From contig JACNLC010000050.1 of NCBI GenBank assembly GCA_014381725.1, forward strand, positions 10,125-74,124: 64,000 bases of DNA, read 5' to 3'. The notes below the pieces were generated by a model that ran no database searches, was not told the DNA's origin, and saw only the letters and a program-made list of their open reading frames with translations. Positions within the stretch are counted from its first letter, which is position 1. The number at the start of each line of letters is the position of its first letter. Shown here piece after piece: positions 21,095 through 30,054 of this stretch. The position numbers and the translations under genes are program-made. Source of the DNA: Fidelibacterota bacterium (GTDB taxonomy: Bacteria > Fidelibacterota > Marinisomatia > SCGC-AAA003-L08 > JACNLC01).

Positions 21095-21855
21095 TAAATC
21101 TGAATTTCTCCTGTTGAAAAAGTCTGAATATCCCCGTTGATTTTAACAAGAGCATGCCCTTGTTTGTTTAAATCCACAAACCGACCGTTTAAGAGTCGAT
21201 TTCCATAGTGAAATTTTACATCAGTATTTAGATGTGAGCAATAGGATTTCCACTTTTCTATAATTGTGGATTCACTATTGATTGATTTTTCCAGATGGTT
21301 AATAATTTCTGCTAATATTACTTCTCGTTTGTATTTTTTACCAGAAATGTGTCGCAAAGATGTCGCCGAATGTTGGAGATATGTAGGAAAATCGTTCAAT
21401 TTTTCGTTGACATTTATCCCAATTCCCAATACCACAACATTTTTATTTTTGATTTTATGGCATTCAGCAAGCACTCCGCCCAATTTGGAATTCTGATAAA
21501 TAATATCATTAGGCCACTTGAGTTTTGTTTTAATCTCTGTAGATTTTATGATACCCTCAACACAACCGATTCCTGCGACAAGAGATATTAATCCCAATTT
21601 CTCAATTGAAAAATTAGGATAAAGTAATATAGAAAATGTTAAACTAGAGTTAGGTAGCGAAAACCATTTATTTCCTCTGCGTCCTTTCCCTAAAGTTTGG
21701 TCGTCTGTTATAGAAGCCATTCCTTCTGTTGCATTATTGGAAGAAACCAAGTCCCATATAATTTTACTAGTGGATTCTGTTTTGGGAAGATATTTTAGAT
21801 TTTTCCCCAAGATACCAGTTTCTAAGTAAGAATAATATAAATGTTCAGAAAACAT
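21094..21855 (-). CDS. birA: Biotin-protein ligase (no N-terminal HTH evident)
   Basis: QTLGKGRRGNKW, KWPND, KLGGVL, GIGIN. Confidence 0.92.
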   Translation of the reverse strand: MFSEHLYYSYLETGILGKNLKYLPKTESTSKIIWDLVSSNNATEGMASITDDQTLGKGRRGNKWFSLPNSSLTFSILLYPNFSIEKLGLISLVAGIGCVEGIIKSTEIKTKLKWPNDIIYQNSKLGGVLAECHKIKNKNVVVLGIGINVNEKLNDFPTYLQHSATSLRHISGKKYKREVILAEIINHLEKSINSESTIIEKWKSYCSHLNTDVKFHYGNRLLNGRFVDLNKQGHALVKINGDIQTFSTGEIQI

Positions 21856-21944
21856 ATACGAAAATTTAAGTTTGCTGAAAGTAAAATAAAAACACAGAAT
21901 AACATTTGCTTTATACGATTACGATATAGGTAAATTTAAAGTAT

Positions 21945-24443
21945 ATGGGAAAAAACATAAATAAACTAATCATTGTAGAATCTCCATCAAAAACGAAAAC
22001 TTTACAAAAGTTTTTGGGAGATGATTATACTATAAAAGCATCAGTTGGGCATATTCGCGATTTACCAGATAAAGAACTCGGTGTAGATGTTGACAATAAT
22101 TTCAAACCGAAATATGTTGTTTCATCTGGCAAGCAAAAAGTTATTACTGAGCTAAAATCTGCACTGAAAAATGCCGACGAACTCTATCTTGCAACTGACC
22201 CGGACAGAGAGGGAGAAGCAATATCGTGGCACCTCATTGAGCTACTAAAACCGAAAATCCCGATTAAGCGATTAGCTTTTCACGAAATTACTAAATCGGC
22301 AATCCAAGACGCGTTTTCACACACTCGCGACATTGACCGCTCACTAGTCAATGCACAGGAAACTCGTAGAATTTTAGACAGACTATTCGGATTTTTGGTT
22401 TCCAAACAACTTTGGCTTAATGTAAAAGGCGGACTATCAGCAGGTAGAGTTCAGAGTCCTGCTCTAAAATTAATTGTGAACAAAGAAAAACAGCGGTCGG
22501 CGTTTAGGCAAGGCGAATATTGGAATTTAACCGGAACATTTGAAGCCGAAAAAGGGAAATTTGATGCCCGTTTGACTCTATTAGATAACAATAAAATTGC
22601 ATCGGGAAAGGATTTCGATAAAAACACCGGAGAAGTATCCAAAAAAAATATCACGGTTCTCAATAAAGAAAAAACAGAATCTCTATCCAAACAACTTAAA
22701 GAAAATTCTTGGATAATTGATTCTATAGAGCAAAAACCGATAACTTCAAATCCGTATCCACCTTTTATAACATCAACTTTACAGCAAGAGGGAATTAGAA
22801 AACTTAGGATGAGTTCACAGCAGGTGATGATGTCAGCCCAAAAATTGTATGAAAACGGCTACATTACCTATATGAGAACCGATTCTATTTCATTGTCAGC
22901 AGAAGCAATTAACGGTGCTAGAAATGCTATTCAAAAATTGTATGGAAGTGATTATTTGCCATCTAAACCGCGAGCATTTAAGAGTAAAGTTAAAAATGCA
23001 CAGGAAGCTCACGAAGCAATCCGCCCTGCAGGAGCAACTTTCAGAACACCAGAAAGTTTAAGCGGAAAATTGTCAGGTAAAGAATGGCAATTATACGATT
23101 TAATTTGGAAAAGAACAGTTGCCAGCCAAATGGTTTCTGCAAAATTGCTTCAGACAACAATTAAAGTGTCCGATGGAAATGCGATTTTTGAAGCAAAAGG
23201 AAAAGTTATAGAATTCCCTGGTTACTTCAAAGCTTATGTGCAAGGTTCAGACGACCCAAGCGGCGAACTCGATAACAAAGAGAAAACGCTTCCTTCATTA
23301 TCAAAGGGCGAAAATGTACATTGCGAACAATTATTACCAAGTCAGCATTTTACGAAACCGCCACCTCGATTTACAGAAGCAACTTTGGTAAAAGAATTGG
23401 AAGCTCTGGGAATTGGAAGACCATCCACTTATGCAACTATTATGACGAACATCCAGAAGCGTGGCTATGTGAATAGAGTAAAGGGTTCTCTCATCCCGAC
23501 ATTAACGGCGTATGCAATAGTGCATTTTCTCGAAAAGTATTTTGACGATTTAATTGATTTACAATTTACTGCCAAACTCGAAGATTTGTTGGATGAAATA
23601 TCTCGAAAAGAATTAAGCCATTCTGACTTTTTGAACGGATTTTATTTTGGAAACGATAAGCACGATGGTCTGAAAAATCAAATTGAACAAGAATTTGACA
23701 AAGCTGTTTCCAAAACCATTTTGACATTAGAAGAAAATTCCGAAAATCCTATTGCTATCAAAATAGGTCGTTATGGAATTTATCTTCAGAAAAATGGTGA
23801 AAATGCTACGCTTCCAGATGATGCAATTCCAAGTGAGTTAAATCCTGAAATTATTCAAACATATTTTGACAAGAAAAATGAATCACCTGAGGAATTAGGA
23901 TTATCAGAAAACAATGAAACTATTTTTCTAAAGGAAGGGCGATATGGACCATATTTACAATCCGGAAAGAAAATGAAATCTCTACCTCCTGGATTCAGTA
24001 AAAATGAAATTACTCCTAATATTGCAAAAAAAATAATCGCTCTACCTAGTGAACTTGGTAAACACCCTGACAATAACGAGACAATTACAGCAGATATTGG
24101 GCGATATGGGCCATATATCAGATGCGGAAAAGAAACTCGAAAAGTGATGGCTCCGGATATCATTATAGATTTAACTCTCGAACGGGCAATTGAGATTTTA
24201 GCAACAAGCAAAAAAAGTTCGGCACCGGCTGTGTTAAAAGAGCTCGGAACAGACCCCGACACTAAAAATACTATCGAGCTAAAAGATGGGCGGTATGGTG
24301 TTTATGTATCTGATGGGAAAATTAATGCAACTTTACCAAAAGGAACTGACCAAAATACATTAACTCTTGAAACGGCAATCGAATTGATAAAAGAAAAGAA
24401 AGCCAAAGGTCCGAAAAAAAGACGGTTTAAGAAGAGAAAGTAA
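21945..24443 (+). CDS. topA: DNA topoisomerase I with C-terminal Toprim_C-type repeats
   Basis: IVESPSK, ATDPDREGE, SAGRVQ, ITYMRTD, repeated GRYGPY. Confidence 0.97.
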   Translation: MGKNINKLIIVESPSKTKTLQKFLGDDYTIKASVGHIRDLPDKELGVDVDNNFKPKYVVSSGKQKVITELKSALKNADELYLATDPDREGEAISWHLIELLKPKIPIKRLAFHEITKSAIQDAFSHTRDIDRSLVNAQETRRILDRLFGFLVSKQLWLNVKGGLSAGRVQSPALKLIVNKEKQRSAFRQGEYWNLTGTFEAEKGKFDARLTLLDNNKIASGKDFDKNTGEVSKKNITVLNKEKTESLSKQLKENSWIIDSIEQKPITSNPYPPFITSTLQQEGIRKLRMSSQQVMMSAQKLYENGYITYMRTDSISLSAEAINGARNAIQKLYGSDYLPSKPRAFKSKVKNAQEAHEAIRPAGATFRTPESLSGKLSGKEWQLYDLIWKRTVASQMVSAKLLQTTIKVSDGNAIFEAKGKVIEFPGYFKAYVQGSDDPSGELDNKEKTLPSLSKGENVHCEQLLPSQHFTKPPPRFTEATLVKELEALGIGRPSTYATIMTNIQKRGYVNRVKGSLIPTLTAYAIVHFLEKYFDDLIDLQFTAKLEDLLDEISRKELSHSDFLNGFYFGNDKHDGLKNQIEQEFDKAVSKTILTLEENSENPIAIKIGRYGIYLQKNGENATLPDDAIPSELNPEIIQTYFDKKNESPEELGLSENNETIFLKEGRYGPYLQSGKKMKSLPPGFSKNEITPNIAKKIIALPSELGKHPDNNETITADIGRYGPYIRCGKETRKVMAPDIIIDLTLERAIEILATSKKSSAPAVLKELGTDPDTKNTIELKDGRYGVYVSDGKINATLPKGTDQNTLTLETAIELIKEKKAKGPKKRRFKKRK

Positions 24444-24453
24444 AAACGCAAAG

Positions 24454-24733
24454 TCTCTAAGATGCAAAGAAAAACATCTAAATGGGAATGATATCCGAAA
24501 ATGAAATAGCCAAAATAGTGGTGGATGTTTGCTACAACATTCATATTAAATTATGTCCTGGATTATTTGAGTCAGTTTATGAAGAAAGACTTAGTTGCGA
24601 ACTTATTTGAAGTTGACAAATATGAAGTTTGGATTATTAATAAATTTCAATGAAAAATTAATTAAAGATGGAATAACAAGAATTGTAAATAACCTGTGAT
24701 TAAAAAGATGTGATTTTGCTTTGCGTCTTAGCG
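24454..24733. repeat. Imperfect inverted repeats flanking the GxxExxY remnant
   Basis: Left TCTCTAAGATGCAAAGAAAAACATC vs reverse complement of right arm TCGCTAAGACGCAAAGCAAAATCACATC. Confidence 0.6.
24488..24699 (+). pseudogene. GxxExxY-family nuclease remnant with internal deletion
   Basis: MISENEIAKIVVDVCYNIHIKLCPGLFESVYEE..* joined directly to the family C-terminus LTNMKFGLLINFNEKLIKDGITRIVNNL*. Confidence 0.8.
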
Positions 24734-24752
24734 ATAACAAAAAGGATAAATA

Positions 24753-26222
24753 ATGGCAAATATAAAAAGTGATGGGACAATATTAGAAACTCTAACCTCT
24801 CTGTCTAAACAACGAGGTTTTATTTTTCAGAGCAGTGAGGTTTATGGTGGTTTGGGTTCAACCTGGGATTATGGCCCGTTGGGTGTAGAGTTAAAACGAA
24901 ATGTTAAAAATTTCTGGTGGCAGGAAATGGTAACTTCACGAGAAAATATTGTTGGTATGGATGCCGCCATTTTAATGCACCCAAAAGTTTGGGAAGCAAG
25001 CGGTCATATTGACAATTTTCACGACCCGTTAGTGGACAACAAAGAATCCAAAAAACGATATAGAATGGATCACTTATTAGAAGAACAACCTGAAGAAGTC
25101 ATCGAGAAATTATTGGTTAAATTTTATGGCGATACAATCCCGAAATTTGCTGATGATGAAGATAAATTTCAATCAATTGTTGGTAAATTGAACGAAAACC
25201 AGTCCAATAGTGCTGAAGCTCTAGTAAATGTTGGTCTCATTGACCCGCATACTAAAAAAGTTGGTGATTGGACGAATCTCCGCCAGTTTAATCTTATGTT
25301 CAAAACACATATGGGACCGACTGATGATTCAGCATCTGTTGTGTATCTCCGACCTGAAACTGCACAGGGAATATTTGTTAATTTTCCGAACGTTCAATCC
25401 ACTTCTCGTCAGAAACTTCCTTTTGGAATTGCACAACTTGGGAAAGCGTTCAGGAATGAAATCACCACAGGAAATTTTATTTTCCGCACTCGTGAATTTG
25501 AACAGATGGAAATGGAATTTTTCTGTCGCTCAAATGAAACTGGGAAATGGTTAGAATATTGGTCTAATGAACGATTAAATTGGTTTAAATCTTTGGGTAT
25601 CAACGAGAGTAAATTACGGCTTCGACCACATGGTAGCGACGAATTAGCTCATTATTCTACAGCATGTTATGATGTGGAATATAAATTTGATTTTGGATGG
25701 TCAGAGTTAGAAGGAATCGCCGACAGGGGAACTTTCGATTTAGACCAACACGCAAAATTCAGCGGGAAGAAAATGACATATTTTGACCAACCAAATAATG
25801 AGAATATCATTCCAGCTGTTGTTGAAACTTCTGCTGGAGTTGACAGAGCTGTTCTTACTATTTTAGCAGATGCTTTTACAGAAGAAGAGGTAAACGGCGA
25901 AAAAAGAACTGTCCTAAAATTTTCACCAAAAGTTGCACCAACTACGGTGGCTGTTTTCCCATTGATGAATAAAGGAGGGCAACCGGAAAAAGCACAAACA
26001 ATTGTTGACGAGTTGCGAAAAGAATTTAGCGCATTTTATGATGCTGGTGGTTCAATCGGTCGAAGATATCGCAGGCAAGATGAAGCAGGAACACCATTTG
26101 GAATTACAGTTGACCACGACACTATGGATGATGATACCGTTACTCTCCGCGATAGAGATACAATGCAACAAGTCCGCGTTGGGATTGATAAAGTTAGAGA
26201 TGCCGTGAGAGATAGAATGTAA
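24753..26222 (+). CDS. glyQS: Glycine-tRNA ligase (alpha2 type)
   Basis: DYGPLG, FNLMFKT, YLRPETAQG, FRNEI, ELEGIADR, SIGRRYRRQDEAGTP. Confidence 0.97.
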   Translation: MANIKSDGTILETLTSLSKQRGFIFQSSEVYGGLGSTWDYGPLGVELKRNVKNFWWQEMVTSRENIVGMDAAILMHPKVWEASGHIDNFHDPLVDNKESKKRYRMDHLLEEQPEEVIEKLLVKFYGDTIPKFADDEDKFQSIVGKLNENQSNSAEALVNVGLIDPHTKKVGDWTNLRQFNLMFKTHMGPTDDSASVVYLRPETAQGIFVNFPNVQSTSRQKLPFGIAQLGKAFRNEITTGNFIFRTREFEQMEMEFFCRSNETGKWLEYWSNERLNWFKSLGINESKLRLRPHGSDELAHYSTACYDVEYKFDFGWSELEGIADRGTFDLDQHAKFSGKKMTYFDQPNNENIIPAVVETSAGVDRAVLTILADAFTEEEVNGEKRTVLKFSPKVAPTTVAVFPLMNKGGQPEKAQTIVDELRKEFSAFYDAGGSIGRRYRRQDEAGTPFGITVDHDTMDDDTVTLRDRDTMQQVRVGIDKVRDAVRDRM

Positions 26223-26281
26223 GTTAGTTTCTCGCCAAATTTCATTGTTTTATTACTGACATTTATATAAAATCACTATTT

Positions 26282-27832
26282 TCAGAAACTATTGAAAGTT
26301 TTATTACCAGCAACTACAGTCATTAATACTTCTGTTTTCAAAATTTCATTTTCTGGACAAGTTAGAATATTGTTGGATAAAATCGTAAAATCAGCGTCAT
26401 ATCCAAGTTTAATTTGTCCTCTTCGATGTTCAGCAAATTCTCCATAAGATGCCCAAGTAGTTAACATTTTGAGAGCATTGCTTCGCGAGATACATTCCTC
26501 CGGATGCCAACCATTTTCTGGGAAACCATTAGAAGTTTTTCGAGTAACCGCTGCGTAAAACTCGAAAATCGGGTTCCCTTCTTCAATCGGGCAATCAGAC
26601 CCACCCGGTATTTGGCACCCAATATCAATTAAAGTTTTCAGTCGTGATATTTGATGCGTGCGATGCGTGCCAATTCGCTTATCTAACCAATTCATATCAG
26701 AAATAAAGTGCGATGGTTGTATCGATGGTAAAACGCCTAATTTTGCAAATCGACAGATATCATCGTCTGCAATCATTTCAGAATGTTCAATTCTCCACCT
26801 ATGATTTTTGGTATTGTTCAGTGTGCTTTCATAGATATTCAAAGTTTCACGAACAGCTCTATCTCCAATGGCGTGAGTGTTTAGCTGAAATCCTGCATCT
26901 CTACATTTTTTGGCTAAATTCTCAAATTCTTGTTTTTCGTATAATAACAAACCTCTATTATCTTGATCATCAGAATACGGCTCCAATAAAGCGGCTCCGC
27001 GACTTCCAAGTGCTCCATCTCCCAATGTTTTTACAGAACGAATCGTGTAATAATCAGATTCAAAAAAACCTTGCTGAAAATATTCATTTAGTAAATCAGT
27101 ATATTTGTCTCCAAGCATTCCGTAACAACGAATCGGAAACTCAGGATTATTGGATATTTTTTTCATTGCTATAACCGTTTTAGCACATTGCCAAGCATCG
27201 TGAACACCAGTTATCCCTCGATTTGGCATTTCGTTAACTGCAGACAACAGCCATCGCTCTATGTCATTTAGTGATGGTTTGGGTAAAATATCAGTTATGA
27301 TATCCATTGCATTATCAATGAGGATGCAATTATTTACAACCCGACCACCATCGGGAATAATTGAAGAATTTAGTCCAGAAATTTCTTGTGCTTTGTAATT
27401 AATCCACGCTGAATGTCCATCAACACGAGTTAAATACACCGGATGATTTGGAGTGCAATCATCTAAAATTTGAGCTGAGGGAAATCCCGGATTATCCCAC
27501 TTTGATTGGTCCCAGCCGAATCCGAAAATCCATTTATTCTCTGGTAATTTTCGTGTTTGCTCTATAACTTTTTCTGCGATTTGTTGTGGAGATGTAAAAC
27601 CACGAAGATTGAGATATTCTAATTGTTTACCAATGCCTGATAAATGTAAATGTGCATCGACAAATCCAGGGAGGAGTGTAGCACCATCAAGATTGATATT
27701 TTTTGCATTGGCTTGAGTGTTGTCAATAGAAATAATTTTCCCATCACAAATAGTAACCGATTTAGCGAATGGATAATCAACATTCAAAGTGATAACATTA
27801 CCGTTAATAAAATTTATTGTATCGTGAACCAT
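26282..27832 (-). CDS. Amidohydrolase family 3 (YtcJ-like)
   Basis: PGFVDAHLH, DGHSAW, DGALGSRGA, HAIGD, RIEH, GSDCP; start taken at MVHDT. Confidence 0.9.
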   Translation of the reverse strand: MVHDTINFINGNVITLNVDYPFAKSVTICDGKIISIDNTQANAKNINLDGATLLPGFVDAHLHLSGIGKQLEYLNLRGFTSPQQIAEKVIEQTRKLPENKWIFGFGWDQSKWDNPGFPSAQILDDCTPNHPVYLTRVDGHSAWINYKAQEISGLNSSIIPDGGRVVNNCILIDNAMDIITDILPKPSLNDIERWLLSAVNEMPNRGITGVHDAWQCAKTVIAMKKISNNPEFPIRCYGMLGDKYTDLLNEYFQQGFFESDYYTIRSVKTLGDGALGSRGAALLEPYSDDQDNRGLLLYEKQEFENLAKKCRDAGFQLNTHAIGDRAVRETLNIYESTLNNTKNHRWRIEHSEMIADDDICRFAKLGVLPSIQPSHFISDMNWLDKRIGTHRTHQISRLKTLIDIGCQIPGGSDCPIEEGNPIFEFYAAVTRKTSNGFPENGWHPEECISRSNALKMLTTWASYGEFAEHRRGQIKLGYDADFTILSNNILTCPENEILKTEVLMTVVAGNKTFNSF

Positions 27833-27946
27833 TACGAAATTTAGAGAACACTTTATAAACAAACCACGAATTAACACAAAAATATTGTAAAACTAGAATC
27901 TTTGCTATTTAGCGAAGAGAAATTTATGCGCTGTTTAAAATATTTT

Positions 27947-28489
27947 TTAGTTTCTTATTTGCCATAATATAAAATCAATTTTCTTTATATCAGAAATTCC
28001 AGATTCTGGATATTCATTCTCAAAGATTTCTAGCATTTGAATTCCTTCTGAGGATATTGTCATATTCTTATACCAGCAAAAAATTCGATTATATAATTTT
28101 ACTGTGTCTTCGATTCTTGTTTTACTATATTGAGCAGGTTTTTTTAGTTTTAAATTTTCTAGTACGAATACATCCCAGATTGGCATTGATGTATTAATTG
28201 TTGCTAATAGTTTACTTGAAAATGAAGCTTCAATTCTACCAAGCTTTTCATTTAGAGTTATTAATATTTCATTAAATTCTAAAGGTTTTGTTTTGCATTC
28301 TTCCAATAATGAATAATATGTCTGATAGAAATCTTTTGGTCGCTGTCTAATGCGATAAAACCCATTGAATTTGCGTTGAAATTCTATGTCTTGAGAAACA
28401 TCAACTTCATAGAAGTTATCCATAATAGTCTTGTATTTCTTTAGCCCTGGTTCAATTTTATGAATTGCTTTTTTTGTGCTTTCTATCAT
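27947..28489 (-). CDS. Hypothetical cassette-like protein, possible HhH DNA-glycosylase-like fold
   Basis: Start MIEST after GAGGAG; FQRKFNGFY, SFSSKLL..PIWD, KKIDFILW motifs. Confidence 0.55.
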   Translation of the reverse strand: MIESTKKAIHKIEPGLKKYKTIMDNFYEVDVSQDIEFQRKFNGFYRIRQRPKDFYQTYYSLLEECKTKPLEFNEILITLNEKLGRIEASFSSKLLATINTSMPIWDVFVLENLKLKKPAQYSKTRIEDTVKLYNRIFCWYKNMTISSEGIQMLEIFENEYPESGISDIKKIDFILWQIRN

Positions 28490-28528
28490 CTTCGTCTCCT
28501 CTTGTTTTGTCTTTAAATTATTAATGGC

Positions 28529-28660
28529 ATATAACGGTTGGAATATGGCTTTGTGGCGGTTTTTGAAACACAAATCTTTCAATTTACACCGATTTTAATT
28601 TATTGTTAAATCGCTCATATTTAGCACTTCACCAGCCATAAACTATATACATTGTAGTGG
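28529..28660 (-). repeat. attC-like recombination site (~132 bp)
   Basis: Minus strand R''-like CCACTAC 13 nt after the upstream stop, R'-like GTTATAT just before the next gene's RBS; arms ATATGGCTTTGTGGC / GCCATAAACTATAT pair with one extrahelical base. Confidence 0.6.
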
Positions 28661-28673
28661 TTAGTATTTTTTC

Positions 28674-29645
28674 TTAAAACACATTGTCTAAATTATCTGC
28701 ATTCAATATTTTTTCTTTTGAAGAGTATCTTGGACTCTGAGGTGCTTTACCCTTTCCTTTTCCAAGAGGAACTTTTTTGATTTTTTCAGCAGGTTCTGTA
28801 AAATGTAAAATATATTTATGTGTATTTTCCCATTGTTCAACTGATTTAATCTCTGCAAGGTGTGTTATTGCAGAAATCGGAGCAACTTGATAAGCAGCAA
28901 TGTACTTAATTTTAGGAATCATAAATGAATTTAATCTGATAGCATACCAACAATTTTCATTAATAAAAGTATCTTTAAAACCATCTTCTCTTGCCGGGAT
29001 TACAATTGTATCAATATCAGAAAAATCAATTTTTTCTATATCTTCACTAATTTCATTAAGGAAAGGTTCAAATTTATAGAGTATTTTCCCATTCTGATTT
29101 TTAAATTGTTTTAAGGTTATTACTTCTACTGGAAATTTAAATCTACTTATAAGGACAGTTTCTAATTCTTCTCCAAGTTCATCAATAATCAAAAGGGCAT
29201 TAAAAGAATCTTTTTTATGTATGATTGATTCCAACAAATAATCAACATTTTCAAAACCGTTCTTATATGCAAACCTTTCACATTTATTCCATTCTTCCTG
29301 TCTTTTATGAAGCATCTCCTTTATGATATTCTTGACTTTAACTTTTGAAGTCTCAAATGACAATGAAAACTCTAAGATTTGAACAGCAATATGCTTTAAA
29401 TGTTGATGACTTGCAAGGTCATTTTCAACAACAAATATTTTCGGGTCTTGATTATTTGTTAAATCTATTAAATATCCATCTGGTAAATTATTTGTTCTCC
29501 CCTTTTTCCCAATCTTCTTTTTGTCATCGAGGTAAATTCGTGTTGAACCAAATAAAGTTCCTTTTACTACATTAACTGCATCTTCAAGTTCTGATTCCTT
29601 TTCATAAGGAATTTCTAAAAATTTATCATCGTTATTCCATAGCAT
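28674..29645 (-). CDS. Putative PD-(D/E)xK-like nuclease fused to a C-terminal PUA/EVE-like domain
   Basis: E.ELE..LFG..LPDGYLIDL..VVENDLASH; C-terminal DTIVIPAREDGF..WYAIR..YIAAYQVAPISAITH. Confidence 0.55.
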   Translation of the reverse strand: MLWNNDDKFLEIPYEKESELEDAVNVVKGTLFGSTRIYLDDKKKIGKKGRTNNLPDGYLIDLTNNQDPKIFVVENDLASHQHLKHIAVQILEFSLSFETSKVKVKNIIKEMLHKRQEEWNKCERFAYKNGFENVDYLLESIIHKKDSFNALLIIDELGEELETVLISRFKFPVEVITLKQFKNQNGKILYKFEPFLNEISEDIEKIDFSDIDTIVIPAREDGFKDTFINENCWYAIRLNSFMIPKIKYIAAYQVAPISAITHLAEIKSVEQWENTHKYILHFTEPAEKIKKVPLGKGKGKAPQSPRYSSKEKILNADNLDNVF

Positions 29646-29864
29646 AATTTATCTCGTTTTAATATTTGCCACAACAGACATATAGCATTTATTTTTTCTT
29701 ATGTATATATTGTCATACCCCGCCTTGTAGTTACTTATGAGTTTGTTGTTTAATTTGTAAAACTCATCAAAGTTGCTTTGTTTAAGTTTAATACTATTAT
29801 TTTTGTGATTCCAAATGTTTTTTAAAGTTTGCTCGTCAAATTTACACACATGGTACCCACTTTC

Positions 29865-29893
29865 GTGCAAATTAAAACCAAAGAGTATAAAAT
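29865..29893 (+). promoter_or_regulatory. Sigma70-like promoter facing CRISPR repeat A
   Basis: GTGCAA-N17-TAAAAT, hexamers and spacing identical in unit B. Confidence 0.5.
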
Positions 29894-29939
29894 AATTGTT
29901 ATCTATAATCGTAACTGTCCTCAGACAAGCATTTTAAAA

Positions 29940-29975
29940 GTCTAAGACCGATATAAAATTTCTACTGTTGTAGAT
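29940..29975 (+). CRISPR. Solitary type V-A (Cas12a) CRISPR repeat A
   Basis: 36 nt GTCTAAGACCGATATAAAATTTCTACTGTTGTAGAT with the canonical 19-nt Cas12a handle (stem TCTAC/GTAGA, loop TGTT) and GTCTAAGA 5' end. Confidence 0.9.
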
Positions 29976-30054
29976 AATCTCCTTTTTATTTTGCAAATCC
30001 AAAACTTTTATCCCTTACAAAATTATTCTATTCATACTTTTCGTTAACAATTAA

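Larger units (their letters stand above)
29678..29975 (+). repeat. Leader-repeat unit A (298 bp direct repeat)
   Basis: Manual alignment with 31424-31722: about 19 substitutions and 1 indel. Confidence 0.92.

Noticed and set aside
29648-29670. Partial match to repeat A's downstream sequence next to a TTTA
   Set aside because: Needs several mismatches, a gap and an offset from the PAM; expected by chance in AT-rich RBS regions
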